DNA of 64,000 bases from Alphaproteobacteria bacterium (GTDB lineage: Bacteria; Pseudomonadota; Alphaproteobacteria; UBA828): NCBI GenBank assembly GCA_965220745.1, contig CBDCQT010000013.1, positions 768,001 to 832,000 on the forward strand. The letters run 5' to 3'. The notes beneath the pieces are model-generated. The model did not search any database, had not been told where the DNA came from, and saw only the letters and a program-made list of their open reading frames with translations. A program made the translations under genes and the position numbers. Position 1 is the first letter of the stretch. Each line of letters opens with the position of its first letter. Positions 9,568-19,987 of this stretch are shown here, piece by piece.

Positions 9568-12045
9568 TCAGAACCGCATGTTGAGGGTGACGAAGAAGGT
9601 GCGTCCCCAGCCGGCCGCGCGCGGCCCGTCGGTAAAGGAGGGGTTCGCGGTGTTCGTGGAGAGCTTCGTGTCGGTAACGTTGTACACGCCCGCGGTTAAC
9701 CGCGTGTCTTCGAGGCCAAGCGGCGCTCTCCAGTCGAGCGTCAGGTCGTGGCCGGTCCAGGACTTGAACCGGCCATCGTCCCGCTGGTTCTCGATCTCGT
9801 CGCGGTAGTTGACGGCCCAGAAGGCGGTAAGGTCGCCGCGCCCGGCCGAGGTCACGATGCGCACGGCGTTGCGCGGAAGCGGGTACGGCTGCTCGTCGCC
9901 TGCGATGCGCTCCTCGCTGCTGGCCACGTAGCGCCAGAATCCGCGCAATGCGACGAAACCCCAGTCGGTCTCCGCGCGGGCCCCGAACCGGGTGTTGACC
10001 CCCGAGATTTCGATCTCGACGATATTCGCGAAGTTGTCGTGGATGGTGATGTCTCCGGCCGCGCGCCCGATGCAGTTGCCGCCGCCGCCCGGCGGGCACT
10101 CGGGGTGGTTCAGTATCGCCCAGGTGGCATCGTGCTGCCCCGGCAGATCCGAGGTCGTGAGCCAGTACCAGTCGGCGACGAGGTAGAACGGCCCCCTGCG
10201 GGCCTCGGCGCCGATGGTGCGCCTCTCCGATCCAGACGGCTCGAGCTCGGGGTTGCCGCTCGTGCTGCGCGTCACTTGCCGGTAGTTCGACGTGTCGCAT
10301 GTGCGCGGCGGCGGCCCGCTCTCCGGGACACAACGGACATAGGGGTGGTCTTGCGCAGCGGTGCTGTACAGGTGGTGCATCGAGGGCGCTTGGTCGCCCG
10401 TGCTCCACGAGCCGCGCAGCGTCACGTTGTCGCTCGGACTGTATTCGGCCCCGAGGCGCCACGCACGCAGCCCGCCGACGTCGTCGTACTCGTCCGCCCG
10501 TGCCGCGGCTCTCACGTCCACGGCGTCGGCGAGGGGCAGGGACACCTCGGCGAAGGCCCCTGCCGCCTCGCGCTCGCCGGCGTAGCTGGTGCCGCCCGAC
10601 CCGAGCACCCCGTCTACGTCGCGGGTCCGGCCGTCTCCCGCCCGGAACGCCAGCAGTCTGTGGGCCTCCACGTCTCCGAGTTCGACCCCTGCAGTCCATG
10701 CCGTGTCGCGCCCGCCGATGCCCGGACCGGCCCCTTCGAGCGCGAATCGCGCGCCCAGATACCTTCCGCCGAAGTCCTCCTCCTCGCGCAGGCTACTCCT
10801 CTCGATCGCTCTCAGGTGGTCCTGTTCCACCGACAGCGGATCGGTCAGGTCATACCTTCCGGCTTCGATCTCTTGCCTGATCGTCTCGGCGTCCACGAAG
10901 GTATCGCCCGACACCGACCCGTCGAGCCTCCAGGCGCTGATTTCGGCATCGTAGCCCAGGTCTTCGGAAAGCCGGCCCTCGACGCTTGCCGAGAGGTCGT
11001 ACTCCTCGGTGGTCGTCCTCCAGTCTCGGTTGCCATGGCCGATGAAGCGGTGCCCCACCGCGAAGATGTCGTCTTTCGTCGCCTCGAACGCCGGGTCGGC
11101 CTCGCGCGCCGATGCGTTGATTGCGTCGAGCAGGCTCTCGCTCGGGGCGATCGAGAAGACATCGATCGACGGTGCGTAGCGGAACGCCGAGCGTCCGAGC
11201 GTGGCGTTTGCGTCCACGTGAAGCTCGGCGCGCTCTCCAAGCGGGTGGGCGAGGCTCAGGATTGCATTACTCTGGTCGTAGCTCGCGCTGTCCCACCAGA
11301 AGTCGCCGTAGGCGAATCCGCAGCCCTTGTCGCCTGAGTCGATCCCCGACGGGTTGCTGAGCGGCCCGGTGTAGCCGTGCGCCGGGTCGCACGCGCCGAG
11401 CGCCACGGCTCTCAGCTCGCCCGCGCTCGTGTCGAAGATGTAGACGGTGTTGCCGCCGACGCTCACGTTCCTCGCGTCGGCGAAGCTGCCGCCCTCCGTC
11501 CACTCCGAGCGGCTGTGCTCGCGGGTGCTGCCCACGATCTCCTCGCGGTCCAGGATGTCGACGCCGAGGGTCATGTGTCCGCCGGCGCCGATTTCACCGC
11601 CCCATACGACACTGCCCTGGCGTGCGTCGCCGCCGTCGCGGCTCGGCAGCCGGGCAACGGTGCGCACGTCGAAGCCGTCCAGATCCTTCCTCAGCACGAG
11701 GTTGAATGCGCCACGTACCGCGGCGTGGCCGCCGACCGTCCCCAGGCTTTCGCCTCTCAGCACCTCGATGCGCTCGACCGCCGAGAGCGGGAGGGAATCC
11801 AGATTGTGCGCGGTCGTTGCGTAGGGCCGCCCGTTCACCATGATGAGCAGGTCGCGCCCTCCGGTGAAGAAGTAGCGGATGATGCCCGTGTCGAGCATCT
11901 CGCCGAAGGTCTGGGCGCCAGAGCGCTCGATGAAGCTGCGGTCGTACTCGGTGATGATCTGCGGGCCGGGCGCGAGGGAGTCGGCATGGGCTGCATTCAC
12001 CGCGAGCAAGGCGAAAACGGCGAGCGCCGCGAGGACTATTCTCAT
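9568..12045 (-). CDS. TonB-dependent receptor
   Basis: Signal peptide, plug motif LPLSAVERIEVLR, SGNPELEPS, and C-terminus GRTFFVTLNMRF. Confidence 0.9.
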   Translation of the reverse strand: MRIVLAALAVFALLAVNAAHADSLAPGPQIITEYDRSFIERSGAQTFGEMLDTGIIRYFFTGGRDLLIMVNGRPYATTAHNLDSLPLSAVERIEVLRGESLGTVGGHAAVRGAFNLVLRKDLDGFDVRTVARLPSRDGGDARQGSVVWGGEIGAGGHMTLGVDILDREEIVGSTREHSRSEWTEGGSFADARNVSVGGNTVYIFDTSAGELRAVALGACDPAHGYTGPLSNPSGIDSGDKGCGFAYGDFWWDSASYDQSNAILSLAHPLGERAELHVDANATLGRSAFRYAPSIDVFSIAPSESLLDAINASAREADPAFEATKDDIFAVGHRFIGHGNRDWRTTTEEYDLSASVEGRLSEDLGYDAEISAWRLDGSVSGDTFVDAETIRQEIEAGRYDLTDPLSVEQDHLRAIERSSLREEEDFGGRYLGARFALEGAGPGIGGRDTAWTAGVELGDVEAHRLLAFRAGDGRTRDVDGVLGSGGTSYAGEREAAGAFAEVSLPLADAVDVRAAARADEYDDVGGLRAWRLGAEYSPSDNVTLRGSWSTGDQAPSMHHLYSTAAQDHPYVRCVPESGPPPRTCDTSNYRQVTRSTSGNPELEPSGSERRTIGAEARRGPFYLVADWYWLTTSDLPGQHDATWAILNHPECPPGGGGNCIGRAAGDITIHDNFANIVEIEISGVNTRFGARAETDWGFVALRGFWRYVASSEERIAGDEQPYPLPRNAVRIVTSAGRGDLTAFWAVNYRDEIENQRDDGRFKSWTGHDLTLDWRAPLGLEDTRLTAGVYNVTDTKLSTNTANPSFTDGPRAAGWGRTFFVTLNMRF

Positions 12046-12319
12046 CGTAAGCTCCCCCATCCGTTTGCGGATGCACACATTGTCCTCCGTGCCGGCGGTC
12101 CGTCAGCGCGAAGCGCCGTCAGGCCGAGTATATGCTTGCCGGCCTGGGCGACGCAGTCCTGGAACCTGCGGCCTTTCCGTTGCCCACATTGTCGATTTGC
12201 AGCGTTTCACCAATCGTGAAGTCGATCAATTGAGAGAGCCCGAACCGGTACCGGTGCAGTTCGGTTGCAAGAGAGTGGAGGGCTGGCGCGCACTGCTGTG
12301 CACGCCAGCCCAGACCGCA

Positions 12320-14497
12320 TCAGGAAAAGCTAACCCCGTTTGTCGCCATCGGCAGATGGGTCACGCGCGGACCGGCAACGGCGATTGCGTTGGCCAACGC
12401 GGCTCCCGACGGCGGCGTACTTGGTTCACCGACACCGCTCGGCGGCTCCGTGGAGGGTACGATATAGGTCTCAATGGCCCGGATATCGCCGATCCGAAGC
12501 GGCTCATAGTCGGGGAAGTTGAACTGATCCACTTCGCCGTCCGCAAATGAGATCTCGTTGCGCATTACATGACCGATCCCGTAGCCGATCCCACTTTCCA
12601 TTTGGGCTGTGATAACATCGGGGTTGACCGGGACACCGCAATCGACAGCACAGGTTACTTTCTCGATCACGATGCCATTGTCGACGTCGCCGGAGATATC
12701 GACCACCTCGGCGACAAAAGTGCCAAAGGACTTGTGGACGGCCACGCCCCGGCTATGTCCATCGGGAAGCGGTCCATTCCAATCGGCCCGCTCGGCAGCA
12801 AGGCGCAGAACCCCGGCAATACGGACCTGGTCAGGTGTGCCGCCGCTCAAGTAGGACAACCGATACTCAACCGGGTCCTGGCCAGCCGCAACTGCAGCCA
12901 GGTCCATCATGGTTTCCATGACATAAGCCGTGTGGCTGTGCCCGACTGAGCGCCACCAATTGACGGTGATCGGAGACCTGTCATCGGTCAGGCCGACATA
13001 TTGCGCCGGAATATCGTAGAGCGTATCGCGCACTCCTTCGACAGAGGTGCTGTCGACCCCGTTCTGAACCAGGAACGCATCCCAGGGCCCGCCCTTAAAG
13101 ATCGGTTTGCCGGCGACGCGATGATCCCAGCCGACAATGCGGCCATTTTCGTCGAGCCCCACTCGAACCTTGTGGGCCACGGCGGGGCGGTAATAGCCGC
13201 CCCTGATGTCATCTTCGCGCGACCAAACGAGCTTGACGGGCTGCTGTCCACCATTGAGGGCAAATGCCAGAGCTGCCTCGACATGATAGTCAGCGGTCTG
13301 AGTGGAGCGCCGCCCGAATGTGCCTCCGGCGTAGAGCGTCGTCACTTCGACATTTTCCTGCGGGATTTGAAGTACCGCCGACAAAGCCATCTGAGCGCCT
13401 GTCGGCATCTGGCAGCCGTCATAGAGCATCACGCCCGTCTCGGTCGGCGCGATGGTGCAGGTTAGGGGTTCCATCGTGGCGTGAGCGAGATAAGGGAAAA
13501 AGAACTCCCGCTCGATCACGCGCGCCGCCGCGTCCAGTGCCGTCGCCGTCTCGTCCGGCGTGCCTTTTGCATCGAATTCTGCGTCGCCGTTTACTGCCGA
13601 CAGAAGGTCCGCCTTGATTTGATCGGAGCTGCGATTGTCGGCCTGCGAGAAATCCCACTCGGCGCTCAGCGCATCGCGGGACTGAAAGGCTGCCCAGGTA
13701 TTTTGCGCATAGACCACCACGCCAGTTCCTGTCGGCATCGCCGCGGCACGGATGAACCCGGGAACTTCATGCACTGCACTGTCGTCAAATGATATCAGCG
13801 TGCCGCCAAAGCGTGGCGAGCGCAGTACCACTGCCACGATCTGCCCGTCCAGATGCAAATCCATCGCGTATTGCGCGGTTCCATCGGTCTTCGGACCGTT
13901 GTCGCGCCGACGCGTGTCCGGGTTTCCGATAACCGTGAACTCCGACGGATCCTTCAGGCGGGGGGCGGTCGGAACGTCGCGCGCGGAAGCCGCTGTGACG
14001 AAATCCCCCATCGGTGCGCGGTTCGCACCTGCGTTGAGTTGCCCGCCGGCCAGGGTCACGCTGGCCGGGTCGGCACCCCAAGCCTCGGCGGCTGCGGCGA
14101 TCAGCATCTCTCGGGCCGCAGCACCGGCGGTGCGGTACTGCATGTAAGAGTTGGCCATAGCAGTCGATCCGCCGGTGCCCTGGACACCGCCGAACAAGAG
14201 ATTCCCATAACTGCGGGCGTCCGCCGGAGCGAATTCGATCTCGACCTGATCGAGCGCCAGATTCAACTCTTCAGCGATGAGCGTCGCTAGACCGGTGGCG
14301 GTCCCCTGCCCGCACTCGAAGTGCTTGATGAGCGCGGTGACGGTACCGTCGCCAGCGATGCGCACGAATGGTGTAAACTCACCGGGACCGCTCGGGGCGC
14401 CAAGAGCCGCGCCTCTGCCATAACCCACAACAAGCGCTGAGCCCGCTAGAGCCGATGCTGATTTGAGAAAGCCGCGTCGTGTAAGCTGCATGCTCAT
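12320..14497 (-). CDS. iorB: Isoquinoline 1-oxidoreductase beta-type molybdopterin subunit
   Basis: Tat motif TRRGFLK, ECGQG, HATMEP, GGTFGRR, WSREDD, WWRSV, GVGEP. Confidence 0.9.
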   Translation of the reverse strand: MSMQLTRRGFLKSASALAGSALVVGYGRGAALGAPSGPGEFTPFVRIAGDGTVTALIKHFECGQGTATGLATLIAEELNLALDQVEIEFAPADARSYGNLLFGGVQGTGGSTAMANSYMQYRTAGAAAREMLIAAAAEAWGADPASVTLAGGQLNAGANRAPMGDFVTAASARDVPTAPRLKDPSEFTVIGNPDTRRRDNGPKTDGTAQYAMDLHLDGQIVAVVLRSPRFGGTLISFDDSAVHEVPGFIRAAAMPTGTGVVVYAQNTWAAFQSRDALSAEWDFSQADNRSSDQIKADLLSAVNGDAEFDAKGTPDETATALDAAARVIEREFFFPYLAHATMEPLTCTIAPTETGVMLYDGCQMPTGAQMALSAVLQIPQENVEVTTLYAGGTFGRRSTQTADYHVEAALAFALNGGQQPVKLVWSREDDIRGGYYRPAVAHKVRVGLDENGRIVGWDHRVAGKPIFKGGPWDAFLVQNGVDSTSVEGVRDTLYDIPAQYVGLTDDRSPITVNWWRSVGHSHTAYVMETMMDLAAVAAGQDPVEYRLSYLSGGTPDQVRIAGVLRLAAERADWNGPLPDGHSRGVAVHKSFGTFVAEVVDISGDVDNGIVIEKVTCAVDCGVPVNPDVITAQMESGIGYGIGHVMRNEISFADGEVDQFNFPDYEPLRIGDIRAIETYIVPSTEPPSGVGEPSTPPSGAALANAIAVAGPRVTHLPMATNGVSFS

Positions 14498-14500
14498 GAA

Positions 14501-14962
14501 TCAAGCCTCCAGAATCTCGGATGCGCGCTGAACGGCGGCGCGAATGCGTTGGTAGGTAGCGCAACGGCATGCGTTGCCCCACATGTAGCTTTCAATCTCA
14601 TTGACTGACGGGGTCCGGCTTTCAGACAGAAGGCCGATGGCCGACATGATCTGGCCCGACTGGCAATAGCCGCATTGGACGACGCTCAACTCGTTCCAGG
14701 CCTGATGGACAGCCCGTGCTACGTCCGACGCGACACCCTCGATCGTGGTGATCTCCATACCCTCGACATCTTCGATGAAAGTTTGGCAGGAGCGTGCTGG
14801 TTGTCCGTCGATGTGAACCGTGCACGCCCCGCAGGACGAGACGCCGCACCCGAACTTGGTACCTGTGAGCTTCAGTTCGTCACGGATGACCCAGAGCAGG
14901 GGCATCCCTTCCGGAACGTCGACCTCGTGTGTCTGGCCATTGATTGTCAGGCTGGTAGGCAT
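14501..14962 (-). CDS. iorA: (2Fe-2S)-binding subunit
   Basis: [27 protein letters not shown]. Confidence 0.92.
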   Translation of the reverse strand: MPTSLTINGQTHEVDVPEGMPLLWVIRDELKLTGTKFGCGVSSCGACTVHIDGQPARSCQTFIEDVEGMEITTIEGVASDVARAVHQAWNELSVVQCGYCQSGQIMSAIGLLSESRTPSVNEIESYMWGNACRCATYQRIRAAVQRASEILEA

Positions 14963-15419
14963 GTGCTGCGATCCCCCAATCGGCTTTCGAGGTTCTGCCA
15001 GGCAACTGACCCGCAACCCAGCTTGGGCGCACAGCTAAGTTCCCGTCCTACGTTTGTCAATTGGAGCCTGCGGGCTCTTCGGTGGGAGGCGCTGTCTTGA
15101 GGCTCGCAGATTCGGTCAGCCCGGCTCGTTCAGCTTGGCGATGTTGAAGGGCGAACAAACGATTAGCCGGTGTCGTAGTAGCGCACCGATCGCATCGAGG
15201 CGCTGAGTGCCGACGCCAGCCACGCCATTGAGGATTGGAGGTCCGCGAACTCTCTTGAGCGGAAGATGGTAACGAAGAGTCCAACTCCCACAACCATCGG
15301 AGTCGTCTCTGATTCAATAGAGTAGCGGCGCTCCTGGCAGCCACCCGGTGGAGCAGGTGCTGAGTTGGGATTCAATTGGGAACCGGGCGGATGAAGATGC
15401 CCAAGACTGGCACTGGCGG

Positions 15420-16373
15420 TCATACAGCCAACGGCCGGGTAATCTCCCTCAGGGTATCGGCGAAGGTCTGGCTGACCAGCGTGAGAGCCACGCCCCGGCG
15501 CGTGACCAACTCTATCTTCGTGTTGAGACGGTAGGTTTCGGGCAGGAGGCTGCGCATCTGCCCGCTCTCCACCCAGCGTTCGGCGTAGGAGACGGGCAGA
15601 TAGCCGATGTGCCAGCCTGACAGGATGAGGAACGCTACGCCCTCGATCTGGCGAGCCGCCGCGGTCGACGGCAGGTCTGCCGTGAGCGGTGCGACCTGCC
15701 GCTCGGACAGATAGGCGCGGTGGGCAAGATCGGCCCCATGCAGGTCGTCGCGGTCGAGCTGGTGCGGAGCCCGGCCGAAGAGCGCGTGATCCTTGCCGCA
15801 ATAGAGCTCGACCGGATCGTCGTAGAGAGGCTCGTAGACCAGGCCCGGGCGGTGCTGGTGGAACACGCCGATCCCCAGGTTGACCCTGTTCTCCAGGACG
15901 GCGCGCTCGATCTCGTCCGGTGCCAGCGTGTGGAAGTGAACATGGACCTGCCGGGCCTTAGACCTGAAAGCGCGGAGCACGTCGGCCATCGGATAGCCGC
16001 TATCGGTGGCCCAGTTGTCGATCACGGCGATCGAGAGCTCGCCGATCAGCTCGCCGCGAAGCGCGCCCACCGTGCTGCGGAAACTCTCCAGCGCGGTTGC
16101 GAGGTGCTGACAGGCCTCGTACACGATCCGCCCCTTGTCCGTCAGGCGGAAGCCGGCGCGTCCCCGTTGACAGAGGCGCATACCGAGGCGCCTTTCGAGA
16201 TCGCCGATCTGGCGGCTGATGGTCGACTGGCCGACGTTCAGGGCAACCTGCGCCGGGGCGAACCCGCCGCACTCCACGACAGTCATGAAGACCGCGAGCA
16301 TGTGGAGGTCGGCTTTGTGAAGACGCGGGATGGCGGTCGGGTCCGGTGGCCTATCACTTGCCTCTTTTTGCAT
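15420..16373 (-). CDS. LysR-family regulator
   Basis: N-terminal HTH (FAPAQVALNVGQSTISRQIGDLE); divergent from the ABC binding protein. Confidence 0.92.
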   Translation of the reverse strand: MQKEASDRPPDPTAIPRLHKADLHMLAVFMTVVECGGFAPAQVALNVGQSTISRQIGDLERRLGMRLCQRGRAGFRLTDKGRIVYEACQHLATALESFRSTVGALRGELIGELSIAVIDNWATDSGYPMADVLRAFRSKARQVHVHFHTLAPDEIERAVLENRVNLGIGVFHQHRPGLVYEPLYDDPVELYCGKDHALFGRAPHQLDRDDLHGADLAHRAYLSERQVAPLTADLPSTAAARQIEGVAFLILSGWHIGYLPVSYAERWVESGQMRSLLPETYRLNTKIELVTRRGVALTLVSQTFADTLREITRPLAV

Positions 16374-16537
16374 GCTAACATTTCATGAGTGATGTATTTT
16401 CCATTCAAGAGTAGCACTATGATCGTTCCGTGGACGAGGGACCACGCGCGCGGGGCGAGGAGGCAACTGCCACATCGATCCATTGTCGAGGCGCCCGCCG
16501 TGCATGGCTCCAGCATGATGAATCGCAGGAGAATACA

Positions 16538-17512
16538 ATGAAGACTTTCAAGTGGCGCCGCGGCTTGTGTGCGGCCGTGTTTCTCGTCGGCCTTTCGCCC
16601 GTCATCGGCATCGCGCCTGCCCAGTCGGCAGATATCGTCGTGGGCGTTCCCAATTGGCCGTCGGCGGCGGCTACCGCGAACATCCTAAAGGTGGTGCTGG
16701 AGGACAATCTAGGCTTAGAAGTGGAACTTCAGAACGGCACGAATCCTGTCATCTTCGAGGCGATGGACACCGGCAGCATGCATGTGCATCCGGAGGTTTG
16801 GCTACCGAACCAGACCAATCTGCACGACAAGTATGTCAAATCGAAGGGTACGGTCAGAATGAGCCCCAACGGCGTGTCCTCGTTTCAGGGCATGTGCGTG
16901 ACGAAGGCAAGTGCCGACCGTACCGGCATCACTGCGATCGCCGATCTTGCCGATCCCGACATGGCGAAGAACTTCGACTCGAACGGCGACGGCCTGGGAG
17001 AAGTGTGGGTCGGAGCATCGGGCTGGGCTTCGACTAATATCGAGAAGATCCGCGCCAAGAGCTACGGCTACGACGAGACCATGGAGCTGCTGGAAATGGA
17101 CGAGGCGTTGGCAATGGCCGATGTCGACGCCGCGGTCGCAAAGGATGCCAACCACGTCTTCTATTGTTACACGCCCAACCACATGTTCGCGCTGTACGAT
17201 CTCGTCATCCTGGAGGAGCCTCCGTATGACGAGTCGAAGTGGGTGATCATCCAGCCGACCGACGACCCCGAATGGCTGGAAAAATCGAGCGCGCCAGTCG
17301 CCTGGGACCTGGCCTGGCTGCACGTGCACTACGCGGCATCTCTGGAGGATTCGCACCCGGAGGCCGCGGCCCTGCTGAGCAAGATCGCGCTGACCACCGA
17401 TCAGGTATCCCACATGACCTTCGGCCTCGTGGTCGAGAAAATGAGCCCTGCCGACTATGCCGTGCAGTGGGCGCAAGACAACGCCGATCTCGTCGATTCT
17501 TGGATGAAGTAG
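16538..17512 (+). CDS. Glycine betaine/choline-type ABC substrate-binding protein
   Basis: Signal peptide, PNWPS, HPEVWLPN, GASGW, YTPNH. Confidence 0.88.
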   Translation: MKTFKWRRGLCAAVFLVGLSPVIGIAPAQSADIVVGVPNWPSAAATANILKVVLEDNLGLEVELQNGTNPVIFEAMDTGSMHVHPEVWLPNQTNLHDKYVKSKGTVRMSPNGVSSFQGMCVTKASADRTGITAIADLADPDMAKNFDSNGDGLGEVWVGASGWASTNIEKIRAKSYGYDETMELLEMDEALAMADVDAAVAKDANHVFYCYTPNHMFALYDLVILEEPPYDESKWVIIQPTDDPEWLEKSSAPVAWDLAWLHVHYAASLEDSHPEAAALLSKIALTTDQVSHMTFGLVVEKMSPADYAVQWAQDNADLVDSWMK

Positions 17513-17793
17513 CGCGCCGGTCGCCGCGGCGACCCTGGCGCTCATGTTCTCCGAAGCGTCGTGGACGAATCGTGCGGGCAGGGGCGTGCGCATCGACGGA
17601 TTCAGTCGATGCTTGAGTGAGGCTCTGTAAGATGGGCGATGCCGCGGCATCGACCATCCCGCTCAGTCCCGAACGGACCTGCGCTCGCCGGCGCGATGCG
17701 GGCCGGCGACGAAGCCGGGTGGCCAGACGCTCATACGGGAAACGCAGGCACTCGCCGCGTGCACCCCTGTCCCGCGCCTGCTCCCTGGCTCAC

Positions 17794-18678
17794 TTACGCA
17801 TCTTCGCGGTAGAGCGCCTGACACAGGCAATGTACGCCGCCGCCGCCGAGCGTGAACATCGACATGTCCGGATCGAAGACTTCGAAGCCCATGGCGCGCA
17901 TGCGTGCGTTCAGGTCCGTCGCCCCGCTCATGGAAAGCACACGGTCGTTGCCGAGCGCCACGAGGTTCACGCCGAGGTTTCGGGCTTCCGCGTAGCCGAC
18001 CTCGACGAACTCGAAGCCGCGCTCGCGAAGCAGCGCCACCAACCAGTCTTCCATGGCGTCGACACACGCCACGAGCAGCTTGGGCGCGAGCGGCACCACC
18101 AGGCCGTCCATGTGCACGAACTCCCGCGAGATGGGTGCAACCACGGCTTCCCACCCCTGCTCCCGCACCCAAGCCGCGACCTGTTCGGAACCTTCGCGTT
18201 CGGAACGCTCGCCGCTAAAGCCGATCAGCACGAAGCCCGGCTCAAGGATGTTGAAGTCGCCGCCCTCGAAGTGGCCGGCGGTGGCGTAGCGCCAGATCGG
18301 AATATCGTTGCTCTGGTAGAAGCGGATGGCGGTCACATAGTCGGCGCGCCGGCTCTTGAGCTGCATATGGCAGATAAGCGCGCCCCAGGGAGTCATTGCG
18401 CTCGAATCGCGGGCGAAGAAGTTGCGGTGCAGGACCTCGTCGGCATCCAGATAGTGGCAGGTCACACCATTGGCCTCGTAGATCGCTACCATCTCGGCGT
18501 GCTGCGACATGGCCCTCTGAAGGTTGAATTCGACTCCTGTGTGTATCTGGTTGTTGAGCGTCCGCATGGTGATCGGACCGGCGTCGATCCAGCGGTAGAA
18601 TTCAGGGATACCCAGGAGAACGTCCTTGAGTGGACCGTAGTCGTTGTGAATGCCCCAGCGGCGCGCATTGGCAGTCAT
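17794..18678 (-). CDS. Pentein-superfamily protein (DDAH/amidinotransferase/arginine deiminase-like)
   Basis: FARD, FEGGD, HMD and C-terminal GGGGVHCL with the catalytic Cys. Confidence 0.88.
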   Translation of the reverse strand: MTANARRWGIHNDYGPLKDVLLGIPEFYRWIDAGPITMRTLNNQIHTGVEFNLQRAMSQHAEMVAIYEANGVTCHYLDADEVLHRNFFARDSSAMTPWGALICHMQLKSRRADYVTAIRFYQSNDIPIWRYATAGHFEGGDFNILEPGFVLIGFSGERSEREGSEQVAAWVREQGWEAVVAPISREFVHMDGLVVPLAPKLLVACVDAMEDWLVALLRERGFEFVEVGYAEARNLGVNLVALGNDRVLSMSGATDLNARMRAMGFEVFDPDMSMFTLGGGGVHCLCQALYREDA

Positions 18679-18940
18679 GAGCCATTCTCTCCGACTTGGT
18701 TGACCGGCACGAGTACATCATGAATTGGGCAATGGAATCAAGCCGCAACCGCAGATGAGCTTGGATGCCATCACGTTCTATCAGGAACATGACGCCGACT
18801 TGCGGTGCGTGGGTCCATATGGCGTTCTACCCGATTGAACGTGGAAAATCCCGAGCGTGCCGCCAGTCAATTGACCGTCTGACTGCGGGCCGTCACGGGG
18901 TCGCTGCAAGCGCGCAACAGCCTCGTTGCAGGCACACCGA

Positions 18941-19987
18941 ATGAGTGAACCGGTCATCAGGCTGCAGGGCGTGTGGAAGATCTTCGGCGCTCGGGTCGAA
19001 GACGCAATGCAGGCCATCACGCAGGAGGGCCTCAGCAAGGCGGAGGCGCTCGAGCAGTTTGGATGTGTGGTCGGAATCGCGGATTGCTCGTTCGAGGTTC
19101 CTCGCGGAGAGATCTTCTGCGTCATGGGACTGTCCGGCTCGGGAAAGTCGACCATGGTGCGCCATATCAATCGGCTGATCGAGCCGACTGCAGGCCGTAT
19201 CGAGGTACTGGGACGGAATGTGCTGGCGCTCGGCGAGGGCGAGTTGAGGAAGCTTCGCGCTGCCCAGATCGGCATGGTGTTCCAGCACATGGCGCTGTTC
19301 CCGCACCGCACGGTCCGGGACAACGTCGCGTTTCCGCTGCAGGTGCAGGGTCTGCCGAAGGCGAAACGCTGGGAGGTCTCCCAGCGCTGCCTCAGCCTCG
19401 TCAATCTCGACGGATACGAGGACCGCTTCCCGAGCGAGCTGTCGGGAGGCATGCAGCAGCGTGTCGGGCTCGCGCGGGCGCTCGCGTCGGACCCCGAGAT
19501 CCTGCTGATGGACGAGCCGTTCTCCGCGCTGGATCCCCTGATCAGGCGTCGGCTTCAGGAGCAGTTCATGTCGTTGTCGGCCGAGTTGAACAAGACCACG
19601 GTCTTCATCACGCACGATCTGGACGAGGCGATCCGCATCGGCAGCCGTATCGCCATCATGAACGACGGCCGGATCGTGCAGATCGGCACGCCGGAAGACA
19701 TCGTCACCAACCCGATCGACGACTACGTGCGGGACTTCGTTGAAGGCATCTCCACGCTGAAGCTGGTGTTCGCCCATACCATCATGGTGCGAATCGCAGA
19801 GTACAGACCACGTCCCGGCGAAGACCTGGAGCGTGCGCCGAGGGCCGCCCACGACGTCGATTTGAGCGAACTCATCGACGCGTCCATCGCAACGGATCAG
19901 CCCATTGTGATCACGCACGATGGCATGGACGTAGGCGTCATCGACAAGACCACACTGCTTAACGGAATCAAGGGCGGTAACGACTGA
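18941..19987 (+). CDS. ProV-like ABC ATP-binding protein
   Basis: GLSGSGKS, LSGGMQQRVGLARA, MDEPFSALDP. Confidence 0.93.
   Translation: MSEPVIRLQGVWKIFGARVEDAMQAITQEGLSKAEALEQFGCVVGIADCSFEVPRGEIFCVMGLSGSGKSTMVRHINRLIEPTAGRIEVLGRNVLALGEGELRKLRAAQIGMVFQHMALFPHRTVRDNVAFPLQVQGLPKAKRWEVSQRCLSLVNLDGYEDRFPSELSGGMQQRVGLARALASDPEILLMDEPFSALDPLIRRRLQEQFMSLSAELNKTTVFITHDLDEAIRIGSRIAIMNDGRIVQIGTPEDIVTNPIDDYVRDFVEGISTLKLVFAHTIMVRIAEYRPRPGEDLERAPRAAHDVDLSELIDASIATDQPIVITHDGMDVGVIDKTTLLNGIKGGND

Noticed and set aside
17590-17658. Two hairpins as a riboswitch or ncRNA
   Set aside because: They lie between convergent genes and fit terminator-like structures; no known RNA motif recognised.
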